Below, one piece after another: positions 22,939-34,610 of a stretch of 64,000 bases of DNA (the first letter of the stretch is position 1; the number at the start of each line of letters is the position of its first letter). The notes beneath the pieces are model-generated. The model saw only the letters and a list, made by a program, of their open reading frames with translations. It was not told the origin of the DNA and made no database searches. The DNA is from Octopus sinensis. Lineage: Eukaryota. The translations under genes were made by a program, and so were the position numbers. Location: contig NC_043021.1 of assembly GCF_006345805.1 (NCBI RefSeq), positions 17,050,001 to 17,114,000 of the forward strand, in the 5' to 3' direction.

Positions 22939-25129
22939 CATCTTCATCATTTAACATCCATCTTCCAAACTGGCATGGGTTAGATGGTTTGACAAGAAAG
23001 AGCAAGGTACCAGGTTCCACTGTCTGCTTTGGCATGGTTTCTATGGCTGGATCCCCTTTCTGATGCTAAACCACCTTACAGAGTGTATCGGGTGCTTTTT
23101 ATGTGGCACCAACACCAGAGGGGAGGTTGCCATGTAACTCGCGAGACAAAGACCACTCACCCCAGGAGTTGGGGGGTGGAATCAAGGGAGGTGGGTTTGA
23201 GCCAGTTGAGAGATTAAAGTATAACAGAGGGATAGAGATTGGCGTCTTACTATGGAGGAGGTACTTGGCTACCCCCAGTAGGGAGAGAAAGATAGAGAGA
23301 AAAAGAGATGGCGTAAGGGATGTATAGGGACACACCCATACGGTACGGAGGGGTAAGTTTCATAAGTGTGTGCAGGGGAGGTGTTTAGAGATGGGGAAGA
23401 GGTGACTGTAGCAAGCGATGGAGAGAAATTGGAGCAGCTAGAACAGGGGAGCACCACTACATCCACAGATATGGCATGTGGGTGAGTCAGGGCAGGTGCT
23501 TGGTACAGTACGGGGTTGGGGGGTTGGAGTATTCTAGAACAGCAAGCAAATGGATTCTGTCAGTTTTGTTCAGTCAACTGAATTATCTGCTCTTGAATTG
23601 GTATCTACGTGGCTGAATACCCCACAGTTATGTGTCATTCAAGTAGAATCAGTGTGACATAGTGACAAGGCTAGACAGGAACAATCCATCCAACAGGCTT
23701 CATTACAGTTTCCCTCTACCCAGTTTTATTCACAAGGTATCAGTTAATTCAAGGCAAAGGTTAAGACTGCCCCACGACGCTACACTTTAGGGATTGAACC
23801 CAGATCCTAGTGGTTACATCCTTTGTTCTACAGTGACCAGAAGGTTTCCCCTTCTCCCATCAAATATTTCACATAAAAACACATTCTAAAACTACACACA
23901 CACACACACACACACAGTCTTCAAGCAGAAAACTGAAGATCCAACACAAGGCCACACACTTATATTGGAGGGAAACAAGAATATGTGATGTTCATGCCTT
24001 TCTCAACAGCATTATTACTGTAAGGAATGTGAGGTAAACAGCCCCTCTGGCCAGAAATTAACACCAATTAAAAGTGGACTTGGCGTGGTACAAAGAAAGT
24101 GTTTGCCTCTTAAGACCCATTATCATAAACATCCTTTGCCCTCACTTTGTTATTCACATGTTAAAAGACATATTTTTCATTTAACTGAAGAATTATTTAT
24201 AGAGCTTGGTTGAGATTGTTTGGCATGCATGCCTTTCTCACCAGCATTAATACTGTAAGGAATGTCAAATATGCTTATAACTGGAAAGTCAAAATTAAAC
24301 CTGCTATGTGGGGACAAGACGCACCAAGCGAACTTGGTTTTTGCTCAGTAATCTCAAACCACCAGCTCTCCCACCGCCTTCTGTGCACCACCATAAAAAT
24401 GTAAAAAGTGTTTCAAAACTTCCTCCTTAGCTACAAAGTCATAGCCCCACCACATACACACACACAGAATGAGATTGTGTGGCAGCAATCCTTTCCCAAC
24501 ATTCCAAGACTTAGTAGAAATCAAAGAAGCAAGAGTTGGTCCACTTCAAACGCTTTGCAGTGAAGTGGGATCTGCTAAATGCCACGGCCAAAGTTGGCAA
24601 TTTATGTTTTGGGGGAAAGTAAGGAAAAAGTGGCAGGCTTTTGGAGTTAATTTTCTATGACATTCTTGCCTCCATTGAGGACATCAGGGATACAAGTGAA
24701 TCAAACCAGCGTCGGATGAACTCAACTGGTTTCCAACCAAGAATTGAAACTTTGCTCACAGACTCAATCAATTTGCCTGGAACTCGGCTTTCGTTACCAA
24801 TATTTGTTTGTTTGTTTGTTTTTTAAAATAATTTTCATTGCTAAATTACACGAGTCGTTATAAAATCATTCTCTTCATCAGATGGAAGTTCACAAATATA
24901 TAATAGAGAAAAATAAGAGTTGGACGGGATTGCATGGAAAAAGCCAATTATCGTTAGCGCCACAACTGAACTAAAATCTCAATAAATTAGGTTCCAGACC
25001 AGGAATGGAAACCAGCATGGCAGAATTTGAATGGCTGGAAACTTATTAATCTCTCTCTGGATTCTACATCAGTTAACTGCCCTATTTTCCAAAATTCATT
25101 CAATAATAATAATAATAAAAATAATAATA

Positions 25130-26150
25130 ATCCTTTCTACTATAGGCACAAGGCCTGCAATTTAGTGAGAGGGGACCAGTTGATTACATTGACCCCCCAA
25201 TGTTTCACTGGTACCCTAATTTATCAACCCCGAAAGGATAAAAGGTAAAGTTGACCTCAGCGGAATTTGAACTCAGGACTCAAAATGCCACTAAGCATTT
25301 CGCCCGGTGTGCTAACGATTCTGCTGGTTCACAACCTTAATTCTTTCTACTATAGGCACAAGGCCTGAAATTTGCAGGGAGGGACAAAGTCAATTACATT
25401 GACCCCAAAAGGTCAGAGTTGACCTCGGCGGAATTTGAACTCAGAACCTAAGGATGGATGAAATGCCACTAAGAAGCATTTTGTCCGGCATGCTAACAAT
25501 AATAATAATAATAACAATCCTTTCTACTGTAGGCACAAGGCCTCAAATTTGGGGGTAAGGGATTAAGTTGATTACATCAGCCCCAGTGCATAACTGGTAC
25601 TTATTTAATCGACCTCAAAAGGATAAAAGGTAAAGTTGACCTTGGTGAAATTTGAACTCAGAACGTACCGGCAGATGAAATATCGCTAAGCATTTCAGCC
25701 ACTGTGCTAAGAATTCTGCCAGCTCGCTACCTTAATAATAATAATAATTTAGTGGAAGGGAGTTAGTCAATGCAGTCAACCCCAGTATTTGACTGGTATC
25801 TTATTTTATTGAGCCTGAAGGGGAGGGGTGGGGACAAGTTGATTACATTAACCATAGTACAAGGATTCTGCCAGCTCACTGCCTTTTTAAATAATAATAA
25901 TAATAATAATAGTTTCAGCAAGTTCTGGGGAGAGGGTAGGTTGATTACATCAACCCCAGTGTATAACTGGTACCCTTTTTTTTTTCTTTTAAATCAACCC
26001 CCCATCGCCCCAAAGGATGAAAAGTAAAGTCAACCTCAGTGGCATTTGAACTCAGAATGTAAAGAACTAGAAGACATGTCGCTAAGCATTTTGTCCAATG
26101 CCCTCAAGACTCAGCCGGCTCACCACTTAATAATAATAATAATAATAATA
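25130..26150 (-). mobile_element. Cluster of at least five family B-related SINE fragments separated by (AAT)n
   Basis: Repeated GACCTCGGCGGAATTTGAACTCAG and TAGGCACAAGGCC motifs. Confidence 0.8.
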
Positions 26151-27031
26151 ATAGGTTTTTCAAACATAAACACAAGGCTTGAAAAGTTGTGAGATGGTAT
26201 TTGTCAGTACCACCAACCATCAACACCCTTGAAAAGAAAAAAAAAATTTTTTTTTAAAGGTTACTCAACCATTTCCAAAATTCAAATTTTTAAGAATTTA
26301 CCATTTTAGAATTTCGTTTCATACCACCACCCTCCACACACAACCACCTTCTCATCAGATTTCACTAATCTCACTGCTTGTTTTTTTTTTATAGTTTTTT
26401 TATTTGTTGTTTTTTTTTTAAATTGTTTTTTATTTTTTTTTTTATTTACTCCTTGATAAACACTCGTGTTAAAAAAAAATAAAATGAAATTTAAATATTA
26501 TTGTTCAAGTCACACAGATAAATAAATAAATATCAGTCATAAAAAATATTCCAGGTTCATTAAAAAAAAGGGGGGGGGGAAACAATTTAAAGAAAAAAAA
26601 TTCCAACATTCTATTGTAGTTACAAATGTTTTTTTTGTTTAAAAAAAAGAAAAATCAATACAAATGAAAAAAAAATAATTCCACACCATTGACCCCCACT
26701 ACACACACACAAACACAGGTCCACTATGAGCCTACAAGTTTATTTAGTAGGGGGGGAAACTTTGTGCCAGTTTCCACAATATTTAAGCAACCAAGAGCTG
26801 TACCACGGGCCCTAGCACCTGTTCAATGGGACAGGATGCTAGTCTTTCAAAGGGTTAACTCCCAGCTGCTGTTGCAGCTCCTGCTACACGCTTTTTTGCC
26901 GCTGAGTGGACTGAAGTGATATGAAGTGAAGTGCCTTGTTCAAGGATACAATGCATTGATCAGTCTGAGAATCGATGCCAAGAACTTCCAGCCACAGCTA
27001 CAATAGCCTTACTCCTAGGCAACGTGCCTCC

Positions 27032-27666
27032 TCACACACACACACACAATATATATACATATATGCATACATACATATATATATACACATATATATATAT
27101 ACACACATATATATATACACATATATACATATACACACATATACATACACATATATATACACATACATATATATACATACATACATACATATACATACAT
27201 ACATACATATACATACATACATACATGCATACATATATACATGCATACATATATACATGCATACATATATACATGCATACATATATACATACATACATAT
27301 ACACATACATACATACACATACATACATACACATACATACATACACATACATACATACACATACATACACATACATACACATACATATACATACATACAT
27401 ATACATACATACATATACATACATACTATACATACATACATATACATACATACTATACATACATACATATACATACATACATATACATACATACATATAT
27501 CATACATACATACATACATACATACATACCATACATACATACATACACATACATACATACATGCATACACATACATGCATACATATACATGCATACATAT
27601 ACATGCATACATATACATGCATACATATACATGCATACATATACATGCATACATATATATGCATAC

Positions 27667-27697
<31 letters not shown>

Positions 27698-27747
27698 CAT
27701 ATACATACATATACATACATACATATATATACATACATACATATATA

Positions 27748-27779
<32 letters not shown>

Positions 27780-27830
27780 CATATATATATATATATACAT
27801 ACATATATATATATACATACATATATATAT

Positions 27831-27881
<51 letters not shown>

Positions 27882-27945
27882 ATACATACATATATATATA
27901 TATTTAATGGTATATAGTATGCATACATAAGTTACATATATATAC
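27032..27945. repeat. Long compound (TA/CA/TACA)n microsatellite
   Basis: Direct reading. Source of the long H/T/Y/I ORFs in the track. Confidence 0.95.
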
Positions 27946-28672
27946 ACAAACAAACACATTACAACTTCTATTTGACAAAATTTCACATTTATCTGGAATT
28001 CCTATTTTGTATGGTAAAAAACAAAAAGAAATAAAATTGAATAAAAATTAAACCAATCCAAAAGTCCATGTATTTATTTACTGGCCTTCCAAATTAGAAT
28101 ATAGCCGAGGGAGGTGGACCACAGCGAATATCATTGGTGCAAGGTAGACGATGCTCTTTGCTCCTTTTCACCCCTATGACCACCAAAAACACAACTCGAA
28201 ACCCCAAATATCATATTTCCGAATTGTTGGGTTTTTTTTGGCAAGTGATCTGATCTGGAACCACTGAGTGGCAAAACAATATATTATAAAATACGCTATA
28301 TTATAAAAGAGCTGTTTTTAACCATTTACAAACACACAGGATTTGTTGCAACCATTTTAGGTTTATTTCTTGGTCTACCATTAAGTAACATGAGCTCAAG
28401 TCCTTTGTTTTTATATTTCCATATTCCGATTGAAATACACTGGTTTTGTTTCAATTGATTTTGAAAATTACGATGAATTTAGTAAACCTTGTTGTTATTG
28501 AGCTGGTGTTCGGAACACAAATTAACATGAAATTTTGACAAAGATTTTAATTTAGCTCACTTTACAGCAGGGCCTTTGTATTCAAAGAACCAAAGGTAGT
28601 GGTCTCCTATGGGTTTACATAAAAAGGGTTAACCTTTTTGGTATCTTAGTTCTGTAGAAAAACATTGTTTAA

Positions 28673-28833
28673 CCCTTTGGCATTTAAACCGGTCACATTC
28701 GGCTGAAAATTTTACCTATTTAACGTTAAAACTAGCTAGATCCAGCCTTTTACATCTATTCTATGAAGTCATTCAAAAAAAATATTATCACATCATTGAA
28801 GTCTCAAAGCAGAGAGATCTGAACAATAAAGGG
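28673..28833. mobile_element. piggyBac-type MITE
   Basis: TTAA|CCCTTT...AAAGGG|TTAA. Related copies near 37725-37942, 39350-39567 and 55658-55876. Confidence 0.65.
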
Positions 28834-29061
28834 TTAAATTTTTTTGGAAAATAATCAAGAATTTGGTAAAAATAACTAACATAAATTAACGTAGGGTTCC
28901 AATGGAAGGTTTTAATTTAGATCACTTTAAATCAGGGATTTTTGTATCATAGAATCAGAGCAAGTCTAAGGTATGCTGGTTCCAAAAATGTTGAGATATT
29001 GAGCTCAAGGTCATAAGGTTGTATGTTCAATTCTTGGAGCAGGTGCTACATTGTGTCCCAG

Positions 29062-29747
29062 AAAAGACCCCCTTTGGTTATGAATGGCCATGGGATTGCA
29101 CCTTGAAAGTTGCCCTCCGAGGCACAAGTCCGGGCAAGGTTGTTTTATGGAAGACCAGCAGTCGCCCATGCATACCAGCCTCCCCTCTCCATGCCACCAA
29201 TGTTATCCAAGGAAAGGCAAAGGGGCCGATATAGCTTGGCACCAGTGATGTTGCAACTCATTTCTACAGGTGAGTGAACTGGAGCAATGTGAAATAAAGT
29301 GTCTTGCTCAAGAACACAACACACAGCCCGGTCCAGGAATTGAACTTACTACCTGATGTTTGTGAGCCTGATGCTTGAACCACTCAGACATGCACCTTGA
29401 ATATGTAAAAAGGGTAAAGGGTAAAGACCCCCTTCCATCATGAATGACCATGAGATTGCACCTAGAAAGTTACCCTCCAAGGCACAAGTCCAGGCAAGGT
29501 TGCTTATGGAAGACTAGCAGTCACCCATGCATACCAGCCTCTCCTCTCCACACTACTGATGTTATCCAAAGGAAAGGCAAAGGCTGATACAGTTTGGCAC
29601 CAGTGATGACACAACTCATTTCTACAGCTGAGCCATGTGAAATAAAGTGTCTTGCTCAAGAAATCAGCACAGCCCAGTCCAGGAATCGAACTCACAACTT
29701 CACAATTGTAAGCCTTGATACCCTAACCACTGAGCCATGTACCTTCA
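29062..29747 (-). mobile_element. Two adjacent copies of tRNA-derived SINE family C
   Basis: 29062-29399 and about 29421-29747. Heads read TGGCTCAGTGGTTAG...GAGTTCGATTCC on the minus strand. A + copy lies at about 53622-53905. Confidence 0.85.
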
Positions 29748-30919
29748 TGTCCCAGAGCAATGTACATCATTTCACACTGCTCCAGTCTACTTGCGGGAAA
29801 ATAAGCAGCAAACCAGCTGCTAAAGCCCTCTCTCTTTCTCCAGCTGTCACACACCATTGATGTGGGGCTGGGTTAAGCAATGTGCAGGAGGGCCAAGAAG
29901 GTGCCTACGTCTACCTGTGACTATACAAGCACTTAAAACAATTAGTGAAAGCATGGTATGTACTACCAAGTCTTACTCGCTTGTGAGTGACGGCCGTGTT
30001 CCGTTAGTGACCATTATGAAATGTTGAAAATGAAAAGCAGTTTCGTTGCACTTTGGTGACATCGTCACCGAGACAATCCCATTACAAGATCAATCGAAAA
30101 TCAATCTCTTATTCTCTCCGTCAGGTGGCGCTTCGATAGACGCAGTGGAACTACAGCAGCGAACAAATCAAAGAGGTGCAACAAAACTTCCCCACCCTTC
30201 ATAATAGACAGCACGCTTGAGAGACAGATGAAAATAGAATGTCAACAGATCCCGCGCCTTTTGAAATGGTTAAAACGACTCAATGATACAGTTTGCTATA
30301 CATGCATGTATAACCATATATATACACACGCATACATTACATTACAAGATGTTTCAATCACTGGCCTATGGCCATGCTGGAACCACCTCCATCAAGGGGG
30401 GTTAGGGTCAGTGCTTATCAACCCCTTAGTATTTTGTCTGGTATTTATTTTATCACCTCAGAACTGAGGAAAACATGCAAAGATGTCCTGGGCAGGATTT
30501 GAACTAAGGCACACACACACACACACACACATACATACATGCATACATGCACGCACACACAACACATACATATTTACGCATCTATGTATGTGTATAAATC
30601 TATCTCTACACTCATATTCATTTACACACACAATTATATATATATATATATATATATATAGATATATATATACACATACATACACACACACATACTGTTT
30701 AAATGCTACAGACCCACCCACAAACTTTGTTTTGGTGTGGCTTTATTTTAAGTTTTAGTTTTCAAATTTTAATTTTAAAATTTATTAGTATTATTATAAT
30801 TAATATTATTTTTGTTTTTGCTATTTCCTTGTTATGCTACGTGTCACCGCAGACATTTAGAATGGAAATTTTAAAAAAAAACTTAAAAAAAAAAAAACAA
30901 ATTGTTTTTTTTTAAAAAA

Positions 30920-32842
30920 TCACACGTAAGTATAGGATTTAATGATTTCTGTTCTTCTTTGAGTGTCGACATCGGTGGAAACAGATATTGTTGAGACTGT
31001 ATGGGAGCCCATTTCTCCGGTACCGCAAAGTTCCTTGATGGATTGCACGTGGTATTTCACTTGCTCGACTCCTAACACAACCCCAGCCCGCACACGATTG
31101 GCAGCGTAGCTGCTGGACTCTCTTAAAGATTGTACATAATGGCTACCAGTGTCCTTAATTGAATGCATGTACTGGCTGCTTGTATCACGAATGGTTTGAA
31201 CGTGGCACCGCATCTTCAACATTCTTCTTTCAACTCCGTACATCAAGCGAGCTCTCACTTCGTCGAGGGTCTCCCGAATGTTGGTGTCCGGCGATACCTT
31301 CTCGTAGTAGTCGTCGAAATCGGCCACTGGCGTGGTACACTTGAGAGGGGAGGCCCCTGGAGAATGGTCTAGGTATGGTATGGAACCAAATGAAGAAAAA
31401 TCCGAGTTGGTGCAGGTACTGATCTTTTCGATTTCCGTAGAAGAGTTGATTTCGACTGGTTGGATTTCTGGATCTTGGTCCGAGACTTTGAAATTCTTTT
31501 TGCGTTTGTTAATTACGTGTACGAGGATACGGATGGACCCAAACAAGATCCCCAGCAAAAGGAAAGAAAGGGATGCACCAAGACTGACAACAAGACTCAT
31601 AGTGTAGACTGACGGAATTAGGGAGTAAACCTTTAAAACTAGTGTTGCTGAATTGTTCCCTAGGGGGTTAATTGCTAAACAACGGAACCGACCACCAAAA
31701 TAGCCACGTAAATTCTGGATGAATAGCGACCCGTTATTCGATATGTAAATATCGGAACTGTATTTAGAATCTAAATAAGTGTGCTTCATGAGAAACGGCT
31801 GTGATATCGAAGTCAATAGATGCAGATGCATATCGTGTGCAAATAGGTCACCCCAGGGGGTTACCCAGACGATGCTGGGTCTGGGAGAACCTGTAGCATT
31901 GCAATCTAAGCGGATATTTTGATGACTAACTATAGACATGTTGGCACTTACAAAGTCCAGATGCGGTCCTTCACATAATACGTCAGTGTAATTCAAAAAC
32001 AACACCTGGTCCCCTGCGAGTGAAGGCGGAGAATGACATGTAAGGTTCTGAAAATTATAGAAAAGTTCAGGATTGTTGTTATAAGCAACCAAAAACTCTT
32101 GCACAACACAAGAACAATCGATCGGGTTCCCTTCCAGCGATACCTGATGCAGATTGCTAAACGACAATAGCAAATCTTCATGGAATGTCTGAAGCAAGTT
32201 GTGGCGCAGGTCGACCGTTTTTAGAATACTGTTGTTCATGAGTGTCAAAGGCGGTATGTAGGTTAAGTAGTTGTAGGACAAATCCAACATTTCTAAATTT
32301 TCTAAAGGTTTGAAGATGGAATTTGGTAATACTGGAAGAAAATTATTGTGTAAGTCAAGATATTCCAAATGAACCAAATGAGAAAATACACCTGTCAGCA
32401 GTGCTGCTAGCTTATTGTTGCTTAAGTCTAAGGAGACGAGGTTGGTTAAAGTTAAAAAGGCATCCTGAGATATGTTTGTGATGTTGTTCCTGCTGAGGTT
32501 TAGGTATGCTAAACTGGTGAGGCCGTCAAAAGACTCTGAAGAGATGCCAGTCAATTCGTTGGAACTCAAATCGAGATTGAAGACGTTGGCCGGTAAGAGA
32601 GACTGAGCTGAGAATTCTTTCAGATGTCCATTTATGGTGATGTTGCGGACGTACGGCGGCACATTTTCTTCGAGTTTGTCGATACCGAAGCAAGTCAAGG
32701 AAAGGCTGTCGTTGCAGTTGCAGCCGACTTGGCAGCATGTGACCTCCACCAAAGATGTAAAAGCCAACAGGAGAATAATAATAATAATCAACTGGGAAAC
32801 CGGAGAGACAGCGTGAAGAATCATTTTTTCAGCAATCTGCAT
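30920..32842 (-). CDS. Single-pass LRR + Ig (LIG-type) cell-surface protein, about 640 aa, CDS without introns
   Basis: Hydrophobic signal peptide, Cys-rich LRRNT (CQVGCNC), about 7 LxxLxLxxNxL repeats, LRRCT (GNPIDCSC...C), I-set Ig (LDC...W...GSL.I...GRFRC.A.N.LG), TM helix (SLVVSLGASLSFLLLGILFG), cytoplasmic tail ending TYV. The start is placed at the ATG right after a splice acceptor; ATG 32824 is an alternative. I cannot assign an orthologue name. Confidence 0.93.
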   Translation of the reverse strand: MQIAEKMILHAVSPVSQLIIIIILLLAFTSLVEVTCCQVGCNCNDSLSLTCFGIDKLEENVPPYVRNITINGHLKEFSAQSLLPANVFNLDLSSNELTGISSESFDGLTSLAYLNLSRNNITNISQDAFLTLTNLVSLDLSNNKLAALLTGVFSHLVHLEYLDLHNNFLPVLPNSIFKPLENLEMLDLSYNYLTYIPPLTLMNNSILKTVDLRHNLLQTFHEDLLLSFSNLHQVSLEGNPIDCSCVVQEFLVAYNNNPELFYNFQNLTCHSPPSLAGDQVLFLNYTDVLCEGPHLDFVSANMSIVSHQNIRLDCNATGSPRPSIVWVTPWGDLFAHDMHLHLLTSISQPFLMKHTYLDSKYSSDIYISNNGSLFIQNLRGYFGGRFRCLAINPLGNNSATLVLKVYSLIPSVYTMSLVVSLGASLSFLLLGILFGSIRILVHVINKRKKNFKVSDQDPEIQPVEINSSTEIEKISTCTNSDFSSFGSIPYLDHSPGASPLKCTTPVADFDDYYEKVSPDTNIRETLDEVRARLMYGVERRMLKMRCHVQTIRDTSSQYMHSIKDTGSHYVQSLRESSSYAANRVRAGVVLGVEQVKYHVQSIKELCGTGEMGSHTVSTISVSTDVDTQRRTEIIKSYTYV

Positions 32843-33197
32843 CTGACTGAAACAGGAAAAAAAATACATCGTTAGACAACGAGATTGCAATTAGCAAACA
32901 CTGACAATTCATTAGATAATTAAAATCAATCGATACTCTTCACACTGAAGCTGTCATACACATTTGTTTCCTTTTCTTTCTTTCAAATGTCATTTCCAAA
33001 CAAGGCTCAGGTATTCAAGGTGAAGGAGAAACTTTTTTTTTTAAGAGGGGCAGTAGAACTCCTGACCCTTAACAGGGTCTCAGAGACAGGTGGAGAGTGA
33101 GGGAGGGGTTCCTAGAAATGGAAACCTGCTTTGGATGCTTGCAACAGAGCGGGAGTCAGTGGAAGGTATACAAGGTGCTAAGAGGTGGTGTGAAACA

Positions 33198-33594
33198 GGG
33201 TGATGGATTAATATCTTGGTGATGGGTCAACATCGGGGTGATGGATTAACATCTGGGTGATGGATTAACATCTGGGTGATGGATTAACATCTGGGTGATG
33301 GGTCAAGAACTGGGTGACGGGTCAACATCGGGGTGATGGATTAACATCTGGGTGACGGGTCAAGAACTGAGTGACTGGTCAACATCGGGGTGATGGATTA
33401 AGAACTGAGTGATGGATTAACATCTGGGTGATGGGTCAAGAACTGGGTGACAGGTCAAGAACTGGGTGACGGTCAACGTTTAGGTGATGGATTAAGAGCT
33501 GAGTGATGGATTAAGAGCTGAGTGATGGATTAACATCTGGGTGATGGGTCAAGAACTGGGTGACGGATTAAGAACTGAGTGATGGATTAACATC
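33198..33594. repeat. 19-bp minisatellite, about 21 copies (GGGTGATGGATTAACATCT / GGGTGACGGGTCAAGAACT variants)
   Basis: Direct periodicity. Confidence 0.92.
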
Positions 33595-34291
33595 ACCATC
33601 CAACTAGGGTCTCTAACAGAATGCAAAAAGACAAATTAAATACAAGGTACCTGGTCCCCCATTCTTATAGTTCAATCAACCCACTAGCTTGGATTTATAG
33701 CTGTGAGGTAAGAAGCCTGCTTCCCAACTAGATGGTTCTGGGTTCAGTCCCTGTGTATGGCAACTTTGGCAGATGTCTTCTACTATAGCCTCAAGCTGAC
33801 CAAAGGCTTGTGAGTGAATTTGGTACAAGGAAACTGAAAGAAGCCCATTGTATATATATGCGTATATCTTAGTGTTTGAGTCCCCCACCACTGCTTGACA
33901 ACCAGTGTTAGTATTTTTATGTCCTTGTAACTAGCAGTTCGGCAAAAGCTACCAATAGAATAATAACAAGGTTTTAAAAAAAAAAAAGTATTAAGGACGA
34001 TTCATTCAACTAAGAATCTTTCAAGGTGGTGCCTCAGCATGGCCATAGCCTAATGACTGAAACAACTAAAGGAAAAAAGAACATCAGGAGAACTGAATGC
34101 AAAGTGGAATTTGACTGGATTCGAACCCAAATTGATTCTGGTTCATGGTTTGAAAAAACAAAAAAAAAAAACAAAAAAGTGTTGCAGCACAATTCACAAG
34201 TGGTTTACAAACACAAGAGAACCACGAAGGACCTAGCTGATGGCCAAATTGACAGCGACACCAACATTTACACACATTATAAGTTTGAAAG

Positions 34292-34521
34292 GCAGCGAGC
34301 TGGTAGAAACGTTAGCACGCCGGGCGAAATTCGTAGCCGTATTTCTTCTGTCGTTACGTTCCGAGTTCAAATTCTGCCGAGGTCGACTTTGCCTTTCATC
34401 CTTTCGGGGTCGATAAATTAAGTACCAGTTACGCACTGGGGTCGATGTAGTCGACTTAATCCCTTTGTCTGTCCTTGTTTGTCCCCTCTGTGTTTAGCCC
34501 CTTGTGGGCAATAAAGAAATA
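34292..34521 (+). mobile_element. SINE family B with 14-bp TSD
   Basis: TSD TATAAGTTTGAAAG at 34278-34291 and 34522-34535. Confidence 0.9.
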
Positions 34522-34572
34522 TATAAGTTTGAAAGCCTCTACGTACATAAATGTGCATATGTGTGTGTACAA

Positions 34573-34610
<38 letters not shown>

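Noticed and set aside
24641-24826. Stretch open on both strands with protein-like composition
   Set aside because: No recognisable motif, start or convincing splice sites. A tblastx against related genomes would settle it.
26931-27930. Several 130-330 aa ORFs rich in H/T/Y/I or M/Y/V/C
   Set aside because: Translations of the TA/CA microsatellite. The same applies to 43323-44075, 46091-46528 and 18915-19222.
32843-32890. N-terminal extension MQSRCLTMYFFSCFSQ in the ORF track
   Set aside because: Starts at TTG and runs through a polypyrimidine tract and acceptor, so most likely intronic.
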